From positions 706,401 to 770,400 of the forward strand of contig NW_003314269.1 in the NCBI RefSeq assembly GCF_000143415.4: a stretch of 64,000 bases of DNA, in the 5' to 3' direction. Source of the stretch: Selaginella moellendorffii. Its lineage: Eukaryota > Plantae > Lycopodiophyta. Both the position numbers and the translations under genes were made by a program. A model generated the notes under the pieces. It was not told where the DNA came from. It made no database searches and worked only from the letters and a program-made list of their open reading frames with translations. Positions 1 to 11,529 of this stretch are shown here, in pieces. The first letter of the stretch is position 1. The number at the start of each line of letters is the position of its first letter.

Positions 1-606
1 GAGCTCGGGAAGACCATCCATGCAAACATCATCGTCCATGATGTGGTGGTGGCAACTGCGCTCGTCAACATGTACGCTAAGTGTGGGACTCTCCACGAAG
101 CTTGCAAAGTTTTCTTGTCGTTTCCACAGCAAGAACACGATACCATTCTTTGCAATGCAATGCTCACGGCCTTTGTCCACAATGGCTGCGAGAAGCTGGC
201 GATTGAAACCTTTCGATCCAATCTGGAGCTCCAGGGAATCCGACCCACTTCCGTGACCTTCATTGCCGTGCTCCTGGCCTGTGCTCGAGCTGGCCTTGTG
301 GGAGATGGATGGAGCTACTTTGTTTCGCTAAAATGTGACTATGGGATCATTCCCAGCGTGTTTCATTATGAGTGCATGTTGGATCTTCTGGGACGAGCTG
401 GGCTTGTGTGTGATGCCGAGGAACTTACGAACAATATGCCCATGGTTCCAGACTCCACAGCATGGTTGAGTGTTTTATCCTCGGCTTGTAGGAGTGATCC
501 AAATGTTGCAGACAGAGTTTTTCAAAATGTGGATCTCGACGATCCTGTAGCTTATGTTCTTCTGGCAAACACTTGGAGGAACACCTCAGGAAACCTTGAG
601 GATTGA
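1..606 (+). CDS. PLS-class pentatricopeptide repeat (PPR) protein, 3' part (5' end outside window), ending in a short E-like domain with no DYW
   Basis: Frame open from base 1; motifs TALVNMYAKCG, VTFIAVLLACARAGLV, HYECMLDLLGRAG, YVLLAN; stop at 604-606. Confidence 0.9.
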   Translation, partial: ELGKTIHANIIVHDVVVATALVNMYAKCGTLHEACKVFLSFPQQEHDTILCNAMLTAFVHNGCEKLAIETFRSNLELQGIRPTSVTFIAVLLACARAGLVGDGWSYFVSLKCDYGIIPSVFHYECMLDLLGRAGLVCDAEELTNNMPMVPDSTAWLSVLSSACRSDPNVADRVFQNVDLDDPVAYVLLANTWRNTSGNLED

Positions 607-1169
607 GAAAACTTTTCATAGTGCAGCTATAGTGGGGGTATAGATTTGACTAGACAAGTAGGCAACCTGTCAATAGAATCTAGCACCACCTATTAATTTT
701 TACTTCAAGAAGGGTCTCAAACAAAGTTGTTCTGGAAAGTAGACTTGGATAGATCTCTTCCAAATCCAAAGTTACCTTCTTCAAGTGTGGAAGATAGAAC
801 ATTCACATATTGTGTAGTCTTTCTAGGATGTTATCCAAGTTTATATCTCCATCAAACTGTAAATTACTAAATTTTCTAATCATTTCATTCATAAACTCAG
901 TCTTCATCCCAACTTAGGGTACTCTAGTTAAAATGTTTCACATATTTACTTTAACCACATGACTAAAATGAGGTTTTGATGAGTTATATAAAGGATTTAA
1001 GGAGGTAATGAAGTTTTGATGAGCCATATAAAGGATCTAAGGAGGTAATGCCACCCATGGAGCATCAAACATTTGATTTTCTAAAGAGGGCTGGCTTCAC
1101 AAAGTCACCTTAATGTTTATATTATGACTCACCACAACTTTCTTTGGTCACTTTGGTAAATTTCATGTG

Positions 1170-3600
1170 GTGTAATTCCTTTAGCTAATTAATAGAGTTG
1201 GGTTTAAGTATGTAATCAAATGATTTGATTTAATGTAATCTTTTAGATTTAAATTCCCCGAGATGTCACCCCCAATAACACTTAACTTAAAATATCCTAA
1301 AACCTTTAATTTCAAACATCCTAAAATCTTTAACTGATTGAAAAAGAAAATATAGGCCCTTTCCTTTTATATTTTAACTCCTATAAAAAAATCATTTTAG
1401 ACTTTCACCCCACTCTTGGATATATTTAGCTCTTGGATATGTTTGATACTTTAGACACTTGGTTTTTAAATCTTTAGGTTCTAAGACTTTAGTCTTGACA
1501 TTCTACATATCATGACACTTGCTACATACATACTTTTATCTTTTTCTAGAGACTTGCTTATCTATTGCTTTATGCTTGTTCTTTGAGTGCTTTTTTTGGA
1601 GTTTCACTCCTGCTCTAGACTTTTTAAATTAGACTTTTTAGTCTAAACTTGTTATATTTATTAAACTTCCATTTCAGCCACTGTTATATGGTATATTCTT
1701 AACTTCATTTTTTAGACTTAGGGATTTGTGCATAAATAAAGTTTAATATCCTCATCAAATGAAATTTTATTTTTGGAAGTAACCTTATCATGGATTACTA
1801 TTTTCTTTTTGGCACAAAGCCACTATTTGTGAAGTTTAACACCAAAGACTCATTATACTTTGCACATCCTTTAAGGGGCATGGATCCTCCTACTTATACA
1901 CTCAACACCTCACTTGTGAGTGTTTCCCTTCTCTACTGGTTTAAATCCACTAGAAATACTTAAGTTTATTATTCACTCTAGAGTAGTTTCAAACTATATC
2001 AACATAAAAATCACCTTTTGGATTTTTGATCTTTCACTTATTTTAATTTCCTAGATGTCCTTACATCTCCCTATACACATGTATCATCCCAAGAAATTTT
2101 TTTTAAGGACCTCTTTTTTATTGGGTACCAATTTAGTCTAACTTTCTAAGAAGTTTTCTCCTTTAGATTTATCCTTAGTTCAACCTTATCAACTTTGATG
2201 CTTTCACACTTATTTTCCCTATCTGCCTAAGATGCTTCTATTTGATCATTTGATTGCATAATTAAAATTTATCTCAATTTTATATTTCTACCCATTTGTC
2301 AAACTACTTAGTGTTATCACTTCTTTGATCAATAATTTCTACTAGGGTTAGTCATAGGTCTATCATTTTATTATGCCATGTCACCTTTTGAAGTTTTTAC
2401 CTTTTCCCAATTTCAAGCACTCCCCTTGGAAATCTGTACCTTTTTTTTATATATCTATTGTACTAATTTGTAAATATATTATACAATTGGTAAATAAGTT
2501 ATAGTGTTGTGGGAAAGACATTTATGTGAAATAGGCTGATAAAAGACTAGTAGAGAAAAAGATTAATGACCTATAATGGATTTATAAAAAAGGAAAAAAA
2601 CTTTTAAAATGATTCATAATAGAGGGAAGGTCCATAAATACCCTTTTTCAATTGGTTAAAAAGGTTTTAAAATACTTAAGGTTAAGTGTCATTAGGTTTG
2701 AATATAACTAGGCTAAGAAACCACAAAAAAGATATATATTTCCAAGGGAAGGAAACCACCAATATGTGAGAAAAGTTATAGATTTCCAAAGGAAAGAAAC
2801 CACTAAAGGGTGAGTGCTTAGACAACCTAACATATTTATCAATTATATAACATGTTTACCAATCGTAATAATATTATTCCAAAACCTTAATTGCTAAATA
2901 TCAATCTCAATAGTGTGATTCTTTTAGCTAATTAACAAATTATTAAATGTCAATCTCAATATATGGTATGGTTCTTCTAGCCAATCAATAGAGTTGGATT
3001 TGAGACCACTCTTATACTAAATATAAGTTTATAAATTTAAACTTTTTGGAATGTCATTCATTTAAGAACTATTGAACCCCAAAAACACTTAACCTTAAAT
3101 ATTTTAAAACTTTTAATCAATTAAAAATGGGGGTACACTCTTATTCACAATCTTTTCCTTAACCTCAATACACTATCTCTCAAGTTCTCTTTGATTACTT
3201 AGTTAAATATGTTATGTTTTCATAAAAAACACACTAATTGTGACAATAACTCTAGAGCATCTCTCACTTGGCGTGTTTGGCTAAACACTCTTTATTAAGA
3301 GTCTATGACCATAAAATATATAAATATTCTCATATTCCAAACTATCACTATACCCTAATGTCTATAAAACACAAATCCCTAAATTCCAAAGTTAATCTAA
3401 AGATGTATCATGTGACAATAACCAAAATAAAAATTCATCAAGTGTAACATGTTTGGACTAAAAGTGTAATCTCTTGAATTTAGATTTATTAATAGGTCAC
3501 TCAGGCCTAGTATTATTCAAACCTAATGACATTTAACTCTGAATACCTTAAAGCTTTAACCAATTGAAAAAAAGGATACACTTTTGTTCATGGGTCATTC
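1170..3600. repeat. Several degenerate copies, in both orientations, of an AT-rich dispersed repeat (probably decayed DNA transposon or MITE material)
   Basis: Motif like acttaacc-ttaaa-ta-tttaaaac-tttaa-caatt-aaaa at ~1280, ~3086 and ~3520; ~2640-2712 is the approximate reverse complement of ~3505-3575; a similar copy lies at ~62815-62870. Confidence 0.5.
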
Positions 3601-4379
3601 CTTTTATCTTTGAACTTTTATAGATCATTTTTTGAATTATTCTCTTTGGCTACTTATAATTCACTATGCTTCTTTATAAATTCACATTCTCGTGAACGAA
3701 AGCTAAGAGCCACAACTTTTTCAAGAGCTTTACTCTCTTGATACTCTACCCCTCAAGTTGAGCCTAACAAGACTAAACTAGACTACCAAATGTAAATCTT
3801 ATCATATGGTGTAATTCCTTATAAGAATGATCAAACTAAGTGCATAAAGTGTTGTATATATCTAAAGCTAAATATATCTAGAACCAGGTATATTAGATAT
3901 TCGAGGCTAGGTTATCCCAAACTCTAGGGGGTTTGGTATGTCCTTAAAGAATAGTAAAAGAAGGACTTAATGTGACTAAGGAAAATTATATTTATATGGT
4001 GGTGATGATATAAATATTATGGAGTCTAACACTAAAGAAAACATGAATGGAAACATCTAGTGAAGTGTGTAAAAGTTCATTTTACCTCTTTTAGGAAATC
4101 GAATGGTCAATACTCCTAATTCAAATATGAGTGGCAATACCTGTTTTGCATGGCTCAACAAAACCTCACTCTAGCCATATGGTTGAGGCACTTTAGTGGT
4201 GAAGGTGGTGGGAATATTTATAAAGCTCATATTGGGCTGTAGTGTTTTGAAATGTCATCCCACTTTTTAAAAGATTGGATGGTCAATGTTTCCAATCCAA
4301 ATATAAATAGCATTAACTACTTGGATACTTTGTGTGACTCAAATTTGAGCTTTAATAGTTCCTGGGAAATCACTCCAGC

Positions 4380-6074
4380 CTAAAGTTTGGAAAGTCTGGA
4401 CCTCAATACAAGCTTCTTAACAATGGCCAGATTTCCAAAGTTTAGCTCTATGCTGCGATTGCTCAACTTGTCCATCAACAGCTTGACTGGGAGCGTCTCC
4501 ATCAGTGGTAACCTGGGACTGGAGGCACTGGACCTATCACACAACAGACTCAGCAACTCCATTCCAGAAACTTTTGGGGAGATGACAAACCCTGGACATA
4601 TCCTATAACAGGTTTAGAAGAGATCTACCTGATATTTGGAGCAAGAACTTGGAGCTCAAGTCCTTGCATATTCGCTCTAGGGTGATTTGCCACCAAGCTT
4701 GTGAATTTTACGCGCTGGATACAACTTGCTCTCCGGGCCACTGGAAGACTTTGCAAGCATCGAGGGTTTGTGTCTCGGGCTAAACAGGTTTAATGGAACG
4801 ATCCTGAAGTTCCTGGTCCTCACGGGGAATCTTTTTAGTGGTGCCATACCTCCGGAGCTTGAGAACTGCTCAAACATTAGAGGCATATCGCTCGACAGCA
4901 ACTACTTGACAGGAACCATCCCAGGCGAACTCTCAGATCTTGTGCATCTCCAGTACTTACTTCCCATGGGGAATCGTTTTAGTGGCACCATACCTCCGGA
5001 GCTTGGAAACTGCTCGAACATCAGAGGTATATTGCTCGATGGCAATGACTTGACTGGAACCATCCCAGGCAAGCTCTCAAACCTCTCGCATCTCCAGCAG
5101 CTAGTTCTCAACAGCAACGACATCGGTGGGGCGCTCCCTCCTGGACTCTCCAACTGCATGGAGCTCATCGCTCTTTGGCTGCAGCAGAACAGGCTCTCTG
5201 GAAATTCAATCCCGGCCTCCTACGGCAAGATGACCTTGCTGATTTTCCTCGACGTTGAATCGAACAACCTCTCTAGAGAAGTCCCAGCCATGCTGCAAAA
5301 CGTCTCGACTTTGCAGTTCCCCTCTCAAACAACAGCTTTAGTGGCTCAAACTGGCCTCCCTTGCCTCACGAACTTACGAGCTGGATTTCTTGGATAACAG
5401 GTTCTTGGGAGAGATGCCAGTAAGCATTGGCTGACTGTTTGCCAGTGTCCAGCTTTACCAAGAGAGCAAAACGGGTTCAGTTGGGGATTATTATGCAAGG
5501 ACTTGTCTATAAAAGCTTCGCCTACCCGACATCCATAAACTTCTCCTCTAAACAATTGACTGGAAGCATTCCGGTGGCCATTGGCGACCTCTACAATCTC
5601 TAACTGCTGGACTTGAGCCATAACCACCTAACAGGTCCCATTCCCGAGTCCCTGGGGATGGCAAGGAATCTCTCTAGGGTGGCGCTCGCAAGCAATCGTC
5701 TCAATGGCTCCATACCATCGTCTGTGGCGGACCTATCATTTCTCACCATCTTCGATGTCTCCAACAACAGACAGATACCTGACAGCCCACAACTCTTGTC
5801 CATAGACGCAGCTCTCTTCGCTGAGAACCAGCTCTGTGCCTTACCACTGACCAACACCTATTTGAGCACAGCTACACCATTGCATAGGCCTACAAGAGAT
5901 AGACAAGGTGGTAGCAAACAAGACCAAAGAGATGTGGCAACACTTGTTAGTGTCGCCATCTTCATGGCAGCCTTTTTCTATGCTTTCTTGTGGACCTTCT
6001 TGTTTACTCGTCCATTTTGCTGTTCTCACAATCCATCTTTACCAAGCAATGACCATCAACGAAGATTAAGATGA
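4380..6074 (+). pseudogene. LRR receptor-like protein pseudogene (plant extracellular LRRs plus TM helix and short tail, no kinase)
   Basis: LxxLxLxxNxLxGxIP repeats split over ORFs 4387-4608, 4726-5397 and 5613-6074 by stops and frameshifts; hydrophobic segment VATLVSVAIFMAAFFYAFLWTFLF. Confidence 0.85.
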
Positions 6075-6399
6075 ATCCTTGATCCCACCTTCAAGGGTGG
6101 TCCTCAAGTTGGTGTTTAATCTCTTCGAGTTCCTTTTCGTTTAACCGATAAGAGGGACAAACCACTACCTTAACACCCTCAATTAGCTCGATCTTATGTT
6201 TTATTGGTCGTGAAGGGGGTAACCCCGCCGATAACTCCTTTAGCATGGTATCTTGAAATTGGTATAACACCTACTAAATCACTAAAGGTACTTCTTTTGT
6301 TCCTATCTTTTTATCACTCTTTATTAACAGTAAGCATAAAAATGTTGCCTTGGTTCCTTTAATGAATTATCCTATTGTGAATACCAAGTTCAAGCAAGA

Positions 6400-9046
6400 G
6401 TCTTTGGCCTTACATTACTTTACCTTTAAATCCTTGGCTTCCACCCTGGATTGTTCTCCTTTGGTATTTGTCAGTATCACAAAGAATCTTATCCATGCAA
6501 GGCTACAATGAACTGATTGAACCAATCCATCTTGAAGATCACATCAAATCCCACCACGTCTAACATAGTGAAATTCATGTCTATTTTCTATATCTTTACT
6601 TCAAATTTTTCTTGTCGAAGTACCTCATCAGTGCTTTAGCTACCTTGAACAAACTCTATAGTCCTTGGTTCACCCAACCACTACACTGCTAGTTCGGTTT
6701 GCCATGGCTATATTGACTTTGGCCTTCTTCGTTCTCTCAAGAAGTCTTTCACTTCACCGCAATCAAAATATATATTGTTTCCCATGCTACTAGTAGACTT
6801 TATTTTCTTATCAGTAAGTTTATTTCTTTTCACTTGACTCTTTCACATACTTGCTCTTTGGCCACAAAATCTACCATTTTGAAACCCCAAAGACTCATTT
6901 TTAAGAAAACTTTTCTTTAAATTTCCCTTTGCCATATGTCCCCCTTGGTTTGGCTTCTTTGCTGAATATGAACCTTGACACTATTGTGTTCCCTTTCGTA
7001 GGTTATAATTGAAATGCACTTTAATAGCTACATCTAACGCTTCCTTTTAGTTAATCGGGTTCTAATGCATCACTTCGTCTCAAGCCAAAGTTTGTAAGTC
7101 TAATATGAAGGTATGAAACACATTCATATCATCCAGGATCCTCTTGGCCATAAACCCATTAACATACTCTTGAATGGTTTTTATTTGCTTTAGCTTATTT
7201 AGCTCATCCTTTAGGTGCAGAGTAGCATTTGGAGGAACATAAGTTTTGTGGATCCTCACCTTTATCACTTCCCAAGTAGCCACTAGTCCTTCGTTGGCCT
7301 CTGTTATTCTCCACCAAAACTTAGCATTATTTACTAAGTATGGTTTTGCATATGGGACGTTTTTCAAATTTGGTAATTGTAACAGTTGAAAATAATTCTC
7401 CATATCGTAAAACCAATCCTCCACCACCTTATAGTCATTCACTTCTTTAAAGACCGGTGGGGGCTTTGGTTTGTACTTGGGATTGAAAGACTGATTCTAC
7501 TTCAGCTTATTTGACCTTATTCAATTCTACCTCAATCTCTGCCAAAGGGCCCATGCCTTTTGTATTGCTAACATTTGCAATCTTTTGCATTTTTTTTCCA
7601 CTTTTTATCATGTTTTACCTTGTGTATGAGGGTCTTTAGCAGGGCATTTACATTAATTATCCTTCTAAAATGTTCAATCAAGCCTTGGATAACTAAACCT
7701 CCCCTCTAGACTCCTATTTAAAAGTTTTCTCACTAGAGTCTACCTTGTGTAAGGATTCCTCATCCATAACTTCTTCTTTGACTGGAGGCTCTAGCTCTGG
7801 AAGAGGTTCCATATCTACCTTGATTATTTTACACCTTGTATTAGCCATCTTCTAATAATCTGCCTCTATCCTTTGCTAGAATTGAGGAAAAGGCTCCGAT
7901 ACTAGATTGTAAGCCACAAGTTTTTCCTTTCTAATTTGTTAGTTTACTTCATTTATCTGATCACTATTGCTTTGGCCTTAAATAAGTTCTTTAGCCAAGC
8001 TTCCCATCTATTGTACCAGATCCTATTTGGTTTTACTTGGCTTCAACTATTCACTACACAAACAATAGAGTGTTACCCATCTATCATGAATTCCTAAATT
8101 CTCTCCCAATCCCCCTCATCGGTTAAATTGGACTTAAGGTTTAGCTACACTCCCTACAGACACAAGCAACCAAACATGCTAAGCCTCTAGATTTCTAACA
8201 TCCCTTAGTACAACAAAACTTGATTATAGAACCTTCTAAATCCCAAGCTTTGGGTGCATCATTTGCTTTAAGACCCCGAAGGGAAACATTATGGCATAAT
8301 AGCTCAGTATGGGTACCCTTATTCCCCTACTTCCATCCTAAAGGGAAGGCCCAAGCCTCTAGGAAGGGGTGAGGACCAATGAGCTATATGGTACTCATGT
8401 AAGGCACCATTCCACATGAATTAAGAGCACCATAATTAATTTTCCTTATGGGAGTGGGAGTTGTTCTTGAGCACTTCCTTGGGTGGTTTTCTTGGCACCA
8501 CTTAAGTCCATGCTCACTCCCACCCAAAACCCCTAACCCTTAGTTCCAACCTCAAACCTTAAGTTAATTTGGAAGCACTACTAGAGAGTTTGTTCAAAAC
8601 TGAAGACTAGTGCATAGACCTCACTATACCTACTATTCTTTTGGAACCCCCCCCCCCCCATAGGATGATTGTTTTGGGCTTTCACCCATGACCTGTATTA
8701 GTATTCGGACTCAGTCTTAAACTCAACCTCGGACTTAGTCTCGAACTCAATCTTGGACCCGACTTCAAACTTAGTCTCGGACTCAATCTCGAACTTGGTC
8801 TCAGACCCAATCTCGGATCTCGAACTCGGTGTCAAACTCAGTGTCAGACTCAATCTTGGAGTCAGTCTTTAACTCGGTCTCGGAGTCAGTCTCAGACTTG
8901 ATCTCGGACTCGGTTTCAAACTCAGTTTCAAAGTCGATCTCAGACTCGATCTTGAACTTGGTTTCATCTGGTGAACTCTTTATCATTCTGATCGTGGTTT
9001 CAAGGGTCCTTTATCATATGCCACCTTGGGGAGTTGGTTCCTTACA
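6400..9046 (-). mobile_element. Decayed Ty3/gypsy LTR retrotransposon: 5' LTR (7908-9046), Met-type PBS, gag and protease remnants
   Basis: LTR termini tgtaag...cttaca; adjacent ggctccgatacta is the reverse complement of tagtatcggagcc (tRNA-iMet-like PBS); gag-like ORF 7080-7442 (VEDWFYDMENYF, AKFWWR); protease end motif FDVIFKMDW at ~6520-6550. Confidence 0.75.
8705..8962. repeat. Degenerate ~12-bp tandem array (ctcggactcNNt-like) inside the LTR
   Basis: Visible periodicity; same unit family and same upstream anchor (tttgggctttcaccc) as 54100-54700. Confidence 0.85.
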
Positions 9047-10099
9047 ATTAACAATTACAACAAAATCTTTCACAACTGACACAAAAGGAGGATTTTAAAA
9101 TTGCCTATAGACTGCAAGAGTCCAAAAAAAAAGAATGAATCTACTAGGAGATATTTACTACAGCTCGTTTCGATTGTTGTAAGCAAGTCATTACTATAGC
9201 AGTATGTATCCTCAAATGTGACTCCATAAGAAAGATGCTAGATTTGTAGCTAAGTTTTTCTCACTTTGTGATGCTTTATGAGAATGTTTAGCAATGGCTA
9301 AGAGAATTTCAAAGTCAAATTTTCTAAATCCCTAAGTTTGAAGAACAGCAATTAAATTATCAAACATAAAGTGGTGAGGATCTTGAATATATGATTTTAA
9401 ATAAACTAAGGCAATAGAAAGAATTTATTCTAAAATCGCTAATCACTATCACTCATTTGCCCAGTCTACATCTCCATTGAAGATTTCAACATGTCACTAT
9501 TTTGAATATCTTCTTCACAAGCATAAAATTCTAATCCCCACTACTCATATAATAGTAAATCATAAGCCAAGTTTAAGAGCCCAAGTTTTATCCCACTAAC
9601 TCATTTCATAAATGTTTAAAAGCACTTTCTCAATCACTCTTTTTCAATCAAGACTTTGAAAGAGTAAGAGCTATCTTATAGAATCTTCGATGAAGTTGGA
9701 ATTAAGATAACTCTAATATGAAGACATTTTTGTTCTCAACAAAAAAAGTGAGACTTTTTAAAGATTGAGTAAAGAACTCTTATTTCTAGCTCCTCAAGAA
9801 GATGAAAAAAACTTTACTACAAGTTATAATTTAGTGGGGGACAAAAAATTAGATAGACACTTTGATCAAACTCTGCTCAACCACTCATTTTTCATGACTT
9901 TCAAGATAAAGAAAAAGAAAACGAAAACTCAAAACACTTTCATACTCACTACATTAAAAATGATGAGGGAGGAAAAAAAACTCTAAAAAAACTACAAATA
10001 AAACATCATATTTTTATGCCTCCATCATGGTTACCACTTTCTACTCAGCCTAAAGTCTTTACCCACACTCATTAAGAAGAGTTGCTTGTGTCTTACCAT

Positions 10100-10960
10100 C
10101 TGAAATTGTTGTAATGCCCAAATACCAATAGTCCACTACTTCATGCTAAGACTAGCCAAGGATGACACATTCTCCACTTTATGAAGCTTTAGTAGTCCCA
10201 TAATCAACTATCTAGAAATTAAGCACAACATTCACACATTGGACTGAAGTGTATACACCTTTACAAATACCTATTAGGACAACCCTATGGTCAATGAATG
10301 CCTTGAGAATGATTGTTGTAGTGGATGAGACCTCTAGGCCCAGTTAACCCATAAGGTGCAAAGAAATTATGTTATTTTTAGAACCAAAGTCCAAGAGCAC
10401 TTTATCAATCACTGTCTTAGCAATCACATTTAGTATGAGAAAAGCACCCAGATCCAATTGAATTGGACAATCCACAAGTTGCACCTGGTCATTGAAAAAT
10501 ACTAGGGAAGCACTAGAGTTGGGTTGGAGTCTAGAGAACTAGTCCAATTGGTTAGCCAAGCCTGGAATGCACTGGAGCAAGTTGCCAAAAGAAATTTAAA
10601 GTTGAAGGGCCTGAATCTACTCCAACAAGTGTGTTGGGAGTGTGGTTATAGTGTCTTGAGAAAGAGGAACACTCTTTTGTAATTTGTTAGGCAAGATTCC
10701 TCTTAATTGAGAAGTAATAGCTAGAACTAAAGATGTTGCCGCAGATGCTTGTGGGAAGGGCAAATGCACTGTTATAAATGGAGATGGTGTAATGATTGAT
10801 GTTGGTGTCTGATCAAGCTCAACAATAATTGAGATCTTCTTCTTTCTACCATAAGTCATAGTTGCTATGCTCTCCTTCATTATAGATTCCACTTGTGTCT
10901 CCACTTTGGGGCTTACGGATTTGTGTCTCACATTATATTGTATATTAGTATTTGAAAACA
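10100..10960 (-). mobile_element. Decayed retrotransposon gag/aspartic-protease remnant
   Basis: Minus-strand translation VIDKVLLDFGSKNN at ~10375-10415, then CVILG at ~10155-10170; many stops. Confidence 0.45.
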
Positions 10961-11529
10961 AATAGTAGTGCTAGAGCAAGTTGTAAACTATGGCCTCGAG
11001 TCTAAAACTAATCATGGCTACAGTTATAAAACCCTTCTGGCAAAATATTATTAATATTTTTTTTAAACTTTTTTTGTAAGTTTCAAAGTAAACCAAATGT
11101 TGTTATGCAAGGACAATATACTATTTGAACTCTTCTTAGCTTACACTTAGTGTTTTTCAATATGAAAAGTCCATAATACAACACTTTGGCTTTTGCACTC
11201 GAAGTGAAGGCTATATCACCAATGCAATCTCGAGCAAGTAAAGAATGTCTTTCATGTCCTTTTTTAGTGCTTAAGATATCACCACTTGCAAGATTAAATC
11301 ACTTTGCCATGATAGGCAATAACCCACTTACAACAACTTTTAGGGAATAAGCACTCCTGGGACGAAGACCAAGACTAAAGAGACGAAAAAGAGTGAACTA
11401 TACATGTTATAATTTAGTGTTAAAAGACAAAGATTTAGTCTCCCTAAACTACATTATGCCTCCTTTTGAAGTTCTTCACCACCCAACCACCCAAGCTACC
11501 TCAAAAGCTCCACTACACTACCATTCCAT

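Noticed and set aside
973-1050. 40-bp direct repeat
   Set aside because: Simple local duplication in decayed DNA with no further structure
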